Source: Polyangia bacterium
GTDB taxonomy: Bacteria > Myxococcota_A > Polyangia > Polyangiales > Polyangiaceae
Assembly: GCA_030433055.1 (NCBI GenBank)
Contig: JAUILJ010000014.1
Coordinates: forward strand, 1 to 23,657
Direction of reading: 5' to 3'
DNA: 23,657 nt
Positions 7,781-17,238 of the stretch are shown here, in pieces. Position 1 is the first letter of the stretch, and each line of letters begins with the position of its first letter. The notes under the pieces are model-generated. The model ran no database searches. It was not told where the DNA came from and worked only from the letters and a program-made list of their open reading frames with translations. The translations under genes were made by a program, and so were the position numbers.

Positions 7781-8722
7781 ATGCGTAACCTCTCCGTCTT
7801 TCTCCACGCGGCGCTGTGCCTCGCGCTGATCGCCGTGGTGCCGCTGATCGGACCCAGCCTGGATGTCCCGAGCGGCGACTTCATCCTGTGGCAGCTCCGC
7901 GTGCCCCGGCTGCTCGTGGGGGCCTTGGTAGGGGGCACCCTGGGTCTCAGCGGCGCGGTCTACCAGGCGCTGTTTCGCAACGGCCTGGCGACGCCGAGTA
8001 CGGTGGGGACGCTCGCCGGTGCGACCCTGGGCGCGCTCCTGGTGCTGGTGCTTGGCGGGGGCAGCGCCCTCGGGCTGCCGGGGGTCGCCGTTGCGGCGTT
8101 CCTCGGCGCGATCGGGCTCAGCGCGCTCGTACTGGCTGTTGCCGCGAGGCAGCGCGCGTCGATGAGTGACGTGCTCCTGGCGGGCATCGCGGTCACACTG
8201 GCTGCCAGCGCTCTGAGCACGGGGCTCCAGTACACCGCCGACAGTCGCGCGCTCTTCGCGGCCGCGCAGTGGTCCCTCGGCAGCTTGCCTCAGGTGGGCT
8301 ACCAGGCGGTGCTCTGGCTGCTCCCGTTCACGTTGGCGTCTTCGCTCGTCATGCTGCTGTTGGCTCGCCCGCTTCAGGCGCTGGTGGCGGGCGAGGAGGT
8401 CGCGGCGACGCAAGGTGTGTCGATCCCGCGGGTGCGCGCGCTGGCGCTCGGAGCGGGCGCGCTCGGCGTGGCCGCGTGCGTCGCCTGGTGTGGCCCCATC
8501 GCCTTCGTGGGGCTGCTCGTTCCACACCTCGTGCGTGGCCTGGGAGCGGTCACGTATCGGCGCCTCTTGCCGCTGAGCTGGCTCTATGGGGCGACGCTGC
8601 TGGTGTGGTGTGACACGCTCGCGCGCTTGGTGTGGCCCGGGGGTGAGCTGCCCGTCGGCGTCGTCACCGCTGCGTTGGGCGCGCCGGCGCTGATCTTCGT
8701 CGTTGCCCGACGCCGGCGCTAG
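7781..8722 (+). CDS. FecCD/BtuC-family ABC transporter permease
   Basis: LWQLRVPRLLVGALVGGTLGLSGAVYQALFRNGLATPSTVG plus a polytopic hydrophobic profile. Located 13 nt after the ATPase gene. Confidence 0.9.
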   Translation: MRNLSVFLHAALCLALIAVVPLIGPSLDVPSGDFILWQLRVPRLLVGALVGGTLGLSGAVYQALFRNGLATPSTVGTLAGATLGALLVLVLGGGSALGLPGVAVAAFLGAIGLSALVLAVAARQRASMSDVLLAGIAVTLAASALSTGLQYTADSRALFAAAQWSLGSLPQVGYQAVLWLLPFTLASSLVMLLLARPLQALVAGEEVAATQGVSIPRVRALALGAGALGVAACVAWCGPIAFVGLLVPHLVRGLGAVTYRRLLPLSWLYGATLLVWCDTLARLVWPGGELPVGVVTAALGAPALIFVVARRRR

Positions 8723-8739
8723 GATCGACGCCCGCCGCC

Positions 8740-10509
8740 TCAGAAGCGGGCGACGCCACCGATGCTGAACACGTTGGCGTGCTGGGTGATGCTGCCGCCA
8801 TTGACCGCGTGGAAACTACGATTGGCGGGGTCGTTGCCGGCGCCGGCGATAGCCTTGAGCTTGCCGTCCCCGCCGTTGTCCAAGCCCGCGTTCCAGATGT
8901 GCTGGTAGCCCGCTTCGATGTCGATGTGACCGAAGCGTGCGACGAAGCCGCCACCAAAGCCGCCGCGCAGCGCTGGGACCCCGGTCACGTTCAGGTACTC
9001 GTCATCGACGGCGGAGGTCTCCACCCAGGTGCCGGCGCGCAGACCCAGGCGGTTGCGCAGGACGTTGTACTGTCCACCAAGCCGCGCGCCGAAGGTGTCC
9101 TTCCAGCCCGTGGGGCGATCCGCGTTCGCGGGGGTGAGCCCGGGCACGCCGACGGGTTGGAACTGCTCGGTGAAGCGCACTTCGATGTTGTCCGCCGCGG
9201 AGTTGTTGGCCCAGGTCAGGTTGAGTTCGACGTCGTAGACGTCGTCGCGCAGCGGATCTCGCACGCTGACATCATCCTTGCGGAAATGCTCGAGCTCGAG
9301 AGGGGTAGGGCGTGGGGCTGGCTCGTGGTAGCGCAAGCCCAAGCGCCCTTCCATGGGCACCGTGATGTTGACGTGGACCTTGTCTTTACCGACTTCGTCT
9401 TCGCTGTGGGTGGTCACGGAGCAGCTGAGGTCCGGGGTCTCCTGGCCCGCGTCTTGTGCGGCTTGGATAGCCGCGTCGACCTCAGCCTGGCTGCAGATCC
9501 TCGCCGGGGCGCCGTTCCGGTTGAGGACGGCGGTGATGTCTGCGTCACCCTTGGCCTTGATGCGATCGAGCCACTTGAACCAGCCCGCGACCTCGAGGTT
9601 GTCCGTTGCCGAGTAGTGAGTCGAGACGACGAAGCCGGGGATGAACAGATCCTTGACGTGGAGCTCGCTCAGGTTGTCGTTGTTGAACTCGTCGTAGGCC
9701 CGCGACTCCGCCACGGTGCTCATCGACACGGCGTTCAGATCGAGGATCGCGATGCCACTGATGAAGCCAGCGCCGACACGCAGGCTGTCGGTGATGGCGT
9801 AGCCGAAGCTCAAGGTCGGCATCAGGATCGTGCCCTCGACCTTCGTTGAGAGGTAGCGCTGTGCCGCGGGGACTGGGCGCTCGGAGGTGACCGGGATGCG
9901 GCTGGTGGTCTTGCCGAAGAGGGGCCACTCGAGCGTGCCGTAGGACGCGGGTGGATTGATCGCGATGCCAATGGCGAGGCTCTCGTTCACCCGCCAGTTG
10001 AATGCCAGGTTGGGGATGAAGCGGGGGAAGTTACTGTGCTCGTTGCAGACTTCCTCGTAGGGGTCGGCGTCCGTCCCGTCTGGCGGCGGCTTGAGGCTGG
10101 GGTCGGCGTAGGAGTCTGCGCCTCCGGGACCTTTGCGCTGGTAGCAGATCTTCTGCATCGGCAGGTTGAAGCCGATCCCCAGGGAAGTGGGCTGGGTAGC
10201 CAGGGCCGCGGGGTTGTAGAAGGCGGCCAGCGGATCTGTCGCGGTGGCCAGCCACGCGCCGCCTCGACTGAACTGAGCGACGCCGTTGTCGGGGTACTCG
10301 ATTGCCGTGGAGGCGCGACTCTCCCCCTCCCAAGCGAAGAGCGCCCCGAACAAGCCCAACGCAGCGACGCAGGGCTTCGCAAACCGCGTTCGGCAGCTGT
10401 GAGTGAGCGCGTCAGACGACGCGAACCGCGTGTGAAATCCCCTGGCTCTGCGCATTTCGTGAAGCAGCCTTTCCGCTGCAGGAGACCAGACCGAGCGCGC
10501 TCGGGTCAA
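8740..10509 (-). CDS. outer-membrane transport protein, FadL/OmpP1/TodX family (long form)
   Basis: N-terminal family motif GVAQFSRGGAWLATATDPLAAFYNPAALA, alternating beta-strand pattern throughout, and terminal ...GGVARF (C-terminal Phe). The start is uncertain: ATG 10509 or the in-frame Met at 10455, before the signal-like CVAALGLFGALFA. Confidence 0.72.
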   Translation of the reverse strand: MTRARSVWSPAAERLLHEMRRARGFHTRFASSDALTHSCRTRFAKPCVAALGLFGALFAWEGESRASTAIEYPDNGVAQFSRGGAWLATATDPLAAFYNPAALATQPTSLGIGFNLPMQKICYQRKGPGGADSYADPSLKPPPDGTDADPYEEVCNEHSNFPRFIPNLAFNWRVNESLAIGIAINPPASYGTLEWPLFGKTTSRIPVTSERPVPAAQRYLSTKVEGTILMPTLSFGYAITDSLRVGAGFISGIAILDLNAVSMSTVAESRAYDEFNNDNLSELHVKDLFIPGFVVSTHYSATDNLEVAGWFKWLDRIKAKGDADITAVLNRNGAPARICSQAEVDAAIQAAQDAGQETPDLSCSVTTHSEDEVGKDKVHVNITVPMEGRLGLRYHEPAPRPTPLELEHFRKDDVSVRDPLRDDVYDVELNLTWANNSAADNIEVRFTEQFQPVGVPGLTPANADRPTGWKDTFGARLGGQYNVLRNRLGLRAGTWVETSAVDDEYLNVTGVPALRGGFGGGFVARFGHIDIEAGYQHIWNAGLDNGGDGKLKAIAGAGNDPANRSFHAVNGGSITQHANVFSIGGVARF

Positions 10510-10549
10510 CTACGAAACGGGCGTTTGGTTTTGGGCTGGCGCTGTGGGC

Positions 10550-10927
10550 TCACTGGTCATCCACGCGAACGAGGCGCCCACGTCGACCCACGCGGAAATG
10601 TTGCCGTACCACCTGACGCGCGATCTGCCGCCGATCCCGCTTGAGGTAGTCGAGGGCGTTCAGGTGTTCGGGGCGACCCGGGCGCGTCTCCACCCGCATC
10701 AGCCACGACCCGTAGGCCATTTGCGCGCGGATGCGAGTCTCCCAGACCACACCAGGCCCCGGGTCGAGGCGCTCGCGCTCGGCGCCGGGTAGCTCTGCTA
10801 CATTCTTCCAGCCATCGCCGGGGGCCGCCCGCCAGAACCAGGTCACTTCTCGCGTGCCACGCGCCGTGATCGCTTCGAACTGATTGAGTTCGACCCACTG
10901 GGGCGTGGGGGCGGACGGCGCGGTCAA
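10550..10927 (-). CDS. hypothetical protein (125 aa), no family recognised
   Basis: ORF with balanced composition and G/C-ending codons. Its start is 5 nt after the stop of the upstream lipoprotein gene. The overlapping ORF 10557-11045 in another frame is Arg/Pro-rich shadow sequence. Confidence 0.5.
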   Translation of the reverse strand: MTAPSAPTPQWVELNQFEAITARGTREVTWFWRAAPGDGWKNVAELPGAERERLDPGPGVVWETRIRAQMAYGSWLMRVETRPGRPEHLNALDYLKRDRRQIARQVVRQHFRVGRRGRLVRVDDQ

Positions 10928-10932
10928 GCGGG

Positions 10933-12111
10933 CTACTCGCCGGGTTCGTACGTGGGAGAGTCCGGAGGTGGCACGATGCCGTCGGGCTCCGTGCTCGGTG
11001 CGGTGTTCGGAGGGGGCGTGTTCGGAGGCGGCGTGCTCGTTCCATCGCCGGGCTGAGCTGGCTCCGGCGGCGGTGAAGCTGGCTGGGCGGTGGTTGTCTT
11101 CACAACGCTGAGGAACGTGGGCGTGCGGCCGGCGTCGCAGCCCGCGGCGAAGCCCGTGGCATCGATTTCGAACTCGATACTGCCCTTGAACTCGGTCTCG
11201 TCCTTGAGCGTCGTGGTCTCGATGCGCACGAAGCGCTTTCCGGCTCGCGCGGGGGAACAGTAGCTGACGACGTACTCGGCCTGGACTCGGGCTTCCATCA
11301 GGCGCGCGACTCGGCTGAGCGCTGTAGGCAGCTCACTCGTCGTCTCCGTGTCGACCGCGTCGCTGCGACCGAGGTCGTCCGCGCGCAGATTCTCCTGCTT
11401 GCCCAGCACCACCGCGAAGGTCGCGTGACTGGAGTTGTCCAGCGTTTCCGCCAGGCGATCTTCCGTGACTCGCCGCGCCAGATCGGGACCTCGAGTGATC
11501 ACAAGCAAGCTGCCGCGACGCACGGGTCGTTGCACCTGCATCAGCTTGGACTCCAGCTGCTCCAGGCCACTGATCACCGCACCGTTCAAATTCCGCGAGG
11601 GATCTCGACGTTCGAGGCGGTTCATCTTGTCGAGCTTGACGTCGGCGCTGCTTCCCGTGCGGAATTGACCCAGGGGGATCAAGTCTTCGGCGCCGTCGAA
11701 GCCGAACAGGCTGACATCTCGGGTCTGGCGCAGCCGAGTGATCAGCTCGCTCAGCGGGCCGCGCATCTGCACGTTCTCAGCGGAGCTCCCGACGTCTACC
11801 AGTACGACGGTGTGATGGTAGGCCACCTTGCTGCGATCAATCAGGGTGAGGTTGGCGCTCGAGGTGACGTCCGCTTCGTCCTCGAAGACTCGGAAGTTCT
11901 TCTGGCTCAGGCCCTGAACCGCCTCGCCTCCCTGGTCTACCGTGAGGTATGCGGCGACTTGACTCGGTGGGGCCTGCCCCGTCGCCACGCTCTCGACCTC
12001 GAGTCGATTGAAGAAGGCGCAGCCCGGCATCAGGCAACAAATCAGGAGCCAGCCTAGGCACCACAGCGCGCGCTGCCCGTGTCCGTAGAACCTCTGCGAC
12101 CTCATTCCCAT
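10933..12111 (-). CDS. lipoprotein with degenerate VWA-like domain and Pro-rich C-terminal tail
   Basis: Signal and lipobox LLICCLMPGC. VWA-like pattern VVLVDVGSS ... NLNGAVISGLEQL ... LLVITRGPD, but the MIDAS DxSxS/TDG motif is not intact. The tail is PPPNTPPPNTAPSTEP, encoded by a 15-nt tandem at about 11000-11040. An alternative start at ATG 12105 forms an ATGA overlap with the NUDIX stop. Confidence 0.65.
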   Translation of the reverse strand: MGMRSQRFYGHGQRALWCLGWLLICCLMPGCAFFNRLEVESVATGQAPPSQVAAYLTVDQGGEAVQGLSQKNFRVFEDEADVTSSANLTLIDRSKVAYHHTVVLVDVGSSAENVQMRGPLSELITRLRQTRDVSLFGFDGAEDLIPLGQFRTGSSADVKLDKMNRLERRDPSRNLNGAVISGLEQLESKLMQVQRPVRRGSLLVITRGPDLARRVTEDRLAETLDNSSHATFAVVLGKQENLRADDLGRSDAVDTETTSELPTALSRVARLMEARVQAEYVVSYCSPARAGKRFVRIETTTLKDETEFKGSIEFEIDATGFAAGCDAGRTPTFLSVVKTTTAQPASPPPEPAQPGDGTSTPPPNTPPPNTAPSTEPDGIVPPPDSPTYEPGE

Positions 12112-12569
12112 ACGACCTCCGCGCCTCGCGCGTTGTTGAGCATATCCGTCATTCCGTGGGCGAGGTGAGAAGGAAGCTCCGAGGTTCGGAACAACTTCAC
12201 CTCTGCGATTTCGGCCGGGTTCATGGGAGCGCTCTGTGGCTCGCTGACCCGGGCGTGCACCACGATGGTGACGGCGTGAAAGCGCAAGTCTCTGTCGGGC
12301 CGGGAGTAGACTCCCGCAAGTCCCCCGAGCTCTTGCACCACCACGCCTGCCTCTTCCTCGAGTTCGCGTGCGATCGCGATGCGTAGCTCTTCACCCCACT
12401 CGAGGGTCCCTCCCGGGAGCGCCCACTCTCCGGTGTCGGTCCTGCGCACGAGCACCCAGCGCCCATCGGCTGTGCGGGCGGCGGCGGCGATCCCGACCAC
12501 CGGGCGGCGCAAGATGTGGCGCGCGGCCTCCTTCACCACCCCCCAAACTCCCCGCGGCACTCGCAACAT
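12102..12569 (-). CDS. NUDIX hydrolase
   Basis: Nudix box GGTLEWGEELRIAIARELEEEAGV. AAGGA Shine-Dalgarno lies 7 nt upstream of ATG 12569. Confidence 0.9.
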   Translation of the reverse strand: MLRVPRGVWGVVKEAARHILRRPVVGIAAAARTADGRWVLVRRTDTGEWALPGGTLEWGEELRIAIARELEEEAGVVVQELGGLAGVYSRPDRDLRFHAVTIVVHARVSEPQSAPMNPAEIAEVKLFRTSELPSHLAHGMTDMLNNARGAEVVWE

Positions 12570-12728
12570 CCAAGGATCCTTTCAACATCGTCGCCCCCTG
12601 CGATCCGTGCTGGGGAGCCTCATCGGCGGCGCAGCATGCCCCGAGCGTCCGTCGATGCAAGTGCTGTCCGTTGAGGCGCCGTGCTCCGTTGCCCCGTTGG
12701 CAACGTTTTGTGCTACGCGGAGCCCCCG

Positions 12729-14333
12729 ATGCGTGGTCAAGCAGCACGCCAAGAGCAAAGCTCCGCACAGCGGACGTCAGCCGCGCTGGCGTCCGTGGCC
12801 TACGCGTTCGCGTGCCTCGCAGCGCTCGGCTGCTCCCAGGCCGAACCGCCTGGTGCGGAGCCTCCTCCCAGCGCGCGCCCTGTGCTGGTCGAGACGGCCG
12901 CGAGCGCCGGCCTGGATGCCGACGGAACGACCCACGGTCCGGTCTCGGAGAAGGTGCGCGGCACGATCGAAGACAACCTGCCTTTCGAACCCACGGGCAA
13001 GCGCATCGCGAGCATCGCGTGGCGCACCTGGGTGTACACGGACACCGGGCCGAAGCGTACTCGCTTTGGTTACTTGCGCGCGGGTGCCGTGGTCGACGCC
13101 CGTGAGCCCGGTATCGGGCCCAACGATGGCTGCGACGGTGGATGGTATCGCATCAATCCGCGCGGATTCGTCTGCGTCGGCAAGGGAGCGACCCTGGACG
13201 TGGAGCACGACCCCGTCGTGGTGGCCAGTGACACCCGGCCGGTGCGCGGCCAAGGCTTCCCATATCTCTACGCGATGAGCGGAGAGATCCCGCCTCTGCT
13301 CTACTTCAAGCTGCCCACGCTGGCGCAGATGGAGAACGTCGAGGGGGACGGGGTGAAGGGACGCGCGATGGCCTGGAAGCAGATGGGCCAGGTGAACGGG
13401 AACGCCACCCTGACGGGCCCGCTGTCACAACCGCCGTCGTGGCTCACGGGGATCGAGCTGAAGAAGCCCTACGGTGTCACTCAACCGCTGCACTACTCCG
13501 TGCATGCGGGAAAGGCGTCGCCGGACAGCGGGTTCGCCATCGCCCGCACATTCGAACACGAGGGGCGCGCCTTTGGTCTCACCACGGAGCTCGACATCAT
13601 CGCGCTCGATCGGCTGAAGCTGGTCAAGCCGAGTGAGTTCCATGGCGTGGAGCTGGGAGCGAAGGACGATCTGCCGGCGGCTTTCATCGAGCGGCACTAT
13701 GTGCAGCGCTACAAGAAGCCTGAGTCCGGTCCGATGACTCAGGACGGCAACTTCAAGTTTCGAGAAGCCATCAAGCTCACCGGCAAGACCGAGGGCAACG
13801 GCGGCCTGGCCTTCTACGAGACGAGTGACGGCGGCTGGATGCCCAGCGACGGCGCAAGATTGATTCCGCGCAGAACCGAATTTCCCAGCTTCGCCAAGGG
13901 CGGCCGTAAGTGGATCGACATCAGCATCAAGCATCAGACGCTGGTCGCGTACGAGGGGCGCCACCCCGTCTACGCCACGTTGGTGAGTACGGGGCGAGGG
14001 GGGTTAGGAGATCCGGAGAAGGTCTTCGCGACGGTGCGTGGCACTTTCATGATTCACGCCAAACACGTCAGTACGACGATGGACGGCGACGAGGACAAGA
14101 GCGACAGCTTCAACCTGCGTGACGTGCCGTTCGTGCAGTACTTTCACAAGGGGTACGCCTTGCACGGCACCTACTGGCACGACGAGTTCGGCAAGGTGCG
14201 CAGCCACGGCTGCGTGAACTTGTCGCCTATCGATTCGGCCTGGCTCTTCGAGTGGACGGACCCGCCAGTACCGAAGGGCTGGCATGGCGTGCTCAACATG
14301 GAGCGCGGCACGGTGGTGTACATCCACGCCTGA
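12729..14333 (+). CDS. L,D-transpeptidase (YkuD domain) lipoprotein with large N-terminal region of unknown function
   Basis: C-terminal YkuD catalytic motif YALHGTYWHDEFGKVRSHGCVNL. Start is placed at ATG 12729 (GGAG 7 nt upstream), giving signal/lipobox AFACLAALGCS. The ORF-track start is 12681. Confidence 0.88.
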   Translation: MRGQAARQEQSSAQRTSAALASVAYAFACLAALGCSQAEPPGAEPPPSARPVLVETAASAGLDADGTTHGPVSEKVRGTIEDNLPFEPTGKRIASIAWRTWVYTDTGPKRTRFGYLRAGAVVDAREPGIGPNDGCDGGWYRINPRGFVCVGKGATLDVEHDPVVVASDTRPVRGQGFPYLYAMSGEIPPLLYFKLPTLAQMENVEGDGVKGRAMAWKQMGQVNGNATLTGPLSQPPSWLTGIELKKPYGVTQPLHYSVHAGKASPDSGFAIARTFEHEGRAFGLTTELDIIALDRLKLVKPSEFHGVELGAKDDLPAAFIERHYVQRYKKPESGPMTQDGNFKFREAIKLTGKTEGNGGLAFYETSDGGWMPSDGARLIPRRTEFPSFAKGGRKWIDISIKHQTLVAYEGRHPVYATLVSTGRGGLGDPEKVFATVRGTFMIHAKHVSTTMDGDEDKSDSFNLRDVPFVQYFHKGYALHGTYWHDEFGKVRSHGCVNLSPIDSAWLFEWTDPPVPKGWHGVLNMERGTVVYIHA

Positions 14334-14391
14334 GTTTCTTTCGAGGGTTTGGGGGTGAGGGCGCACCAAACCGCGTCGTTGTTGCGACGCG

Positions 14392-15405
14392 CTACTGCAA
14401 GACCGGGTGACGTCGCAGCGCCTCGATCTGAGCGTTCGTGAGGCCGTGCGCAACGGAGAGCGACGGGTTGGGGTTCATCAGATTCGCGTCACCATCTCGA
14501 TCTGGATCCGTGTGGAACAGACCCAGGTAGTGTCCGAGCTCATGAGCCAGGATGCGCCCGCGTGCCTCTGGCGTGATGGATAGTGGAAAGGAGCTCGTGC
14601 AGTCTAGCTCTGGCAGGAAGACGCCGTCCGCGGCGCCTGCGCCGCCGAGCACTCGTGGGGTGTAGCCGTCCACCGCGACTGGGGGACCGAACAGTGGATC
14701 GGCGTACTCGAGGCAACCCGCGATCACGACGCGCACCTCGCGTGCGTCGCCTGGGTGTTCCGCCAGCAGCTCAGCAAGCTCCGAGGCGTCCCCGGCGTGA
14801 AACCGGAGCGTGCCGGCTGGCGCGGGCAGCGGCTCGACGTCAACCAAGCGCGTGGTGACTCCTGTGCGTCCCAGCTCGTCGTCCACTGCGGCGAGCAGAC
14901 GCTGGCGCTCGTTCCCGTCGCTCAGCAGCGTCGAGTCTCTAGCCACGAATAGACGCAGCGGCAGCACGCTGCTCTCGGGGGCAGCGAGCTGTTTCACCTC
15001 GACTTCAAGCTTGCCAGCCGCAATCTCACGAGGGTTCAGCGTCTCGCAGTCCGTGACACCGAAGCGAACCTGCGCTGCAGAGGAGAGCACAAACACCCCC
15101 GCTTCGGCGGCCACGGAGGTGCGGAGCGGGCAGTCTGGACACTCCGGGCCTGCGAAGCGCTGGGTGAGGGGCTCGCCATCCGGCGTCGCGGCCCCGCTGA
15201 GTTCGAAGCAGACGCCGGCTTCGGCTGTGACTCGCAGCGCCACCCCGCTCCCAGAAGTCGGGACGCTGACCCAGGGCGTTTCACCGTCGGACTCGAAGCT
15301 GACCTGCACTAGCGGTTGCCAGTCCGCCTGCGCGCTCTGCATCGGCGCCTGCGCGGAGCAGGCGCTGGGCAGTGACAGGAGAAACAACGAGAGCGCAGCT
15401 CTCAT
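14392..15405 (-). CDS. secreted zinc metalloprotease, metzincin of M43 (cytophagalysin/pappalysin-like) type
   Basis: N-terminal signal MRAALSLFLLSLPSACSAQA. Zinc motif ILAHELGHYLGLFHTDPD (HExxHxxGxxH). The ATG overlaps the upstream stop as ATGA (15402-15405). Confidence 0.78.
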   Translation of the reverse strand: MRAALSLFLLSLPSACSAQAPMQSAQADWQPLVQVSFESDGETPWVSVPTSGSGVALRVTAEAGVCFELSGAATPDGEPLTQRFAGPECPDCPLRTSVAAEAGVFVLSSAAQVRFGVTDCETLNPREIAAGKLEVEVKQLAAPESSVLPLRLFVARDSTLLSDGNERQRLLAAVDDELGRTGVTTRLVDVEPLPAPAGTLRFHAGDASELAELLAEHPGDAREVRVVIAGCLEYADPLFGPPVAVDGYTPRVLGGAGAADGVFLPELDCTSSFPLSITPEARGRILAHELGHYLGLFHTDPDRDGDANLMNPNPSLSVAHGLTNAQIEALRRHPVLQ

Positions 15406-17210
15406 CGCAGCGCCGACGCCGGCAGGTAGGTGCCGATCAGCTGCTTGAGACGGGCGTCAGTTTCCACGCGAAAATGGGCTGCGAGGGCTTCGCCAGCGGC
15501 GGGCAGCGTCCTCGCGGCAGCACCGAGCCACTCGATCAGCGCGCGCCGCTCCTTGATGGATTGGCTCGCTTCGAGTTGAGCGCTCAGCTTGGCGATGGAC
15601 GCGGGGGTCGGCTTGGCGCTCTTCAGTGCGTTGACGATGGCTGCCCGAGTATCCGGATCTCGCTCCTCGTCCAGTTGGGCCAACAGGCTGGGAGCGGAGA
15701 CAGCGGGATCCATGCGGCCGAGCGCCTTCGCGGCGTGGCGGCGGGTTACCGGATCGTCGGAGCTGAGTTCTTCGCTGACGCGACCCGCGAAGGTCGAGTC
15801 GCCGCTGTTGCCGATGGCGTCGAGCACGACGCTCTTGTGCCCCTGAGCTGCGGAGTCGAGCTCCGCAGACAGCTCGCCACGGACGTAGTCACGCAGCTCC
15901 GAGTCCTTCGCGCGGCTCCCCAGGTTGCCTAGCCCGAGTAGGCTGACATTGCCAACCATGCCGTCGTCGGAGCTTCGGGCACGGAGCTGCTCCGCGGAGG
16001 CTTGCGTTGGCTCGCCGATGTCCGACAAAGCCGACGCAGCCCGAGCGCGATCGAGGGGACTGAACGCCCTGTCGTCGAGCACGCTGGATAGCACGGCGCG
16101 GCTCTCGTCGTGCCCGGAGATTTCCAGCGCGAGAAACAGCGCCGGGCGTGCCTTCTCTGGGATGCGCTCCGCACGCAACGCGGCGAGCAAGAGCTTTGCT
16201 TTGGTCGGGTTCGCCTGTAGCCATGCAGCCAATTGCCGCGCGGCAGCAAAACTCACATCTGGCTGATTGAACAGCGCGATGAAGTCAGCGAGCGCCTTCT
16301 CGAAAGGCACCTTCAGCAAGCTGGGATCGACTTCTCGAGTGTGGTCGACCACCATCGCGAAGGCGTCACTGAAGTCAGCGTCAACGACGCTGAGCGGCGG
16401 CACGGGAGCGAACCGTTCGTCGTCTCGCACGACAGAGAAGTTCTGCACGAGATCGGCTTGGAGTGTCCCCGACGTCTCGATGCGTAGGCGCTCGCGTCCT
16501 CCGGCGCGCAGGATCCAACCGGATTCGTAGCGTGCCGTGGAACTCGAGCCGAGCAACTGCAGTGTCAGTCCGAGCGTCCGCGCTGCGTCCCTGTCCTTGT
16601 ATGCGGCCTTGTCGCGCCGAACGCCCACACCGCGACCGGGCAGGCGCTGATAGCTTGCTTCGTACGAGCCCACGCCGTCGGTCTGCTCCACGCGCCAGTG
16701 CTTTGCGCTGGGGTCGCCTGGGAGCACGTGCTCCCAGGTGGTGATCAACGTCTGAACCAGCTGGCGCTTGCGAGGGCTCCAGCTCTTGTCGAAGCCGAAC
16801 CCAACGAAGCGACATGATGCATCGACGTCGACGAAGAACGGCGCCTCCAGGGAACCAGAGACGCGCTCTTCGGGCAGCGTGAGCGACTGTCCGTGCTCCA
16901 CATCGCTCAGAGCAGCGCGTAGACGCCACTCGTTGGCGGAGACTCTCTCCGCAACCTGCCAGCTCAGGACGCCCTCGAGGGCGTCCTGCTTGGCGGGGGC
17001 TCGGGTGTCGTGCACCGATGACTCGAGGCGGAATGCCCCTCGCTGGTCTAGCTCGAAGTGACACCCGAGCTGTGCTTCGTCGCTGCTCGAACGGTCGATC
17101 TGCGGGGCCGCTGTAGCGGCGGTCCCGCTCCCGCCGAACACAGCGTATGCGAGTGCGATCAGTGGCAACACGGCCACGCTCGATGCCAGACTGGTCTTGC
17201 TGAACTTCAT
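15402..17210 (-). CDS. secreted protein: beta-rich N-terminal half + PBS-lyase/HEAT-like repeat C-terminal half
   Basis: Signal peptide MKFSKTSLASSVAVLPLIALAYAV. HEAT-like repeats: LGLGNLGS, VLDAIGNSGD, PVTRRHAAKALGRMDP, DPDTRAAIVNALKS. GGAGG Shine-Dalgarno lies 5 nt upstream of the ATG. Confidence 0.75.
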   Translation of the reverse strand: MKFSKTSLASSVAVLPLIALAYAVFGGSGTAATAAPQIDRSSSDEAQLGCHFELDQRGAFRLESSVHDTRAPAKQDALEGVLSWQVAERVSANEWRLRAALSDVEHGQSLTLPEERVSGSLEAPFFVDVDASCRFVGFGFDKSWSPRKRQLVQTLITTWEHVLPGDPSAKHWRVEQTDGVGSYEASYQRLPGRGVGVRRDKAAYKDRDAARTLGLTLQLLGSSSTARYESGWILRAGGRERLRIETSGTLQADLVQNFSVVRDDERFAPVPPLSVVDADFSDAFAMVVDHTREVDPSLLKVPFEKALADFIALFNQPDVSFAAARQLAAWLQANPTKAKLLLAALRAERIPEKARPALFLALEISGHDESRAVLSSVLDDRAFSPLDRARAASALSDIGEPTQASAEQLRARSSDDGMVGNVSLLGLGNLGSRAKDSELRDYVRGELSAELDSAAQGHKSVVLDAIGNSGDSTFAGRVSEELSSDDPVTRRHAAKALGRMDPAVSAPSLLAQLDEERDPDTRAAIVNALKSAKPTPASIAKLSAQLEASQSIKERRALIEWLGAAARTLPAAGEALAAHFRVETDARLKQLIGTYLPASALR

Positions 17211-17238
17211 CGGTGCCTCCGTTACCTGGTGTCTTGGA

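Noticed and set aside
7487-8527. Long antisense or out-of-frame ORFs overlapping confident genes (1099-1842 +, 7487-8527 -, 8779-9849 +, 10557-11045 -, 12379-13278 +, 17197-18096 +, 18473-19258 -, 19795-20784 -, 21326-22654 -)
   Set aside because: These are shadow ORFs expected in about 70% GC DNA. Their translations are extremely Arg/Ala/Pro/Gly-rich with no domain motifs, and each is fully covered by a gene with clear family signatures or coding bias on the other strand or frame.
14334-14391. Two hairpins in the convergent gap (GGTTTGG/CCAAACC 14346-14372; GCGTCG/CGACGC 14373-14390) as a bidirectional terminator
   Set aside because: The stems are real, but neither is followed by a convincing U-tract on either strand. 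They may still act as a Rho-dependent or structural element, but I cannot support a terminator call.
15402-17210. Possible vitellogenin-N / large-lipid-transfer-like architecture (beta-rich N-half plus helical solenoid with LGNxG-type motifs) in the 602-aa secreted protein
   Set aside because: The xLGxxGD motifs are equally characteristic of ordinary PBS-lyase/HEAT-like repeats, and I cannot verify LLTP homology by eye. I kept the conservative HEAT-repeat call. A Foldseek or HHpred check would settle it.
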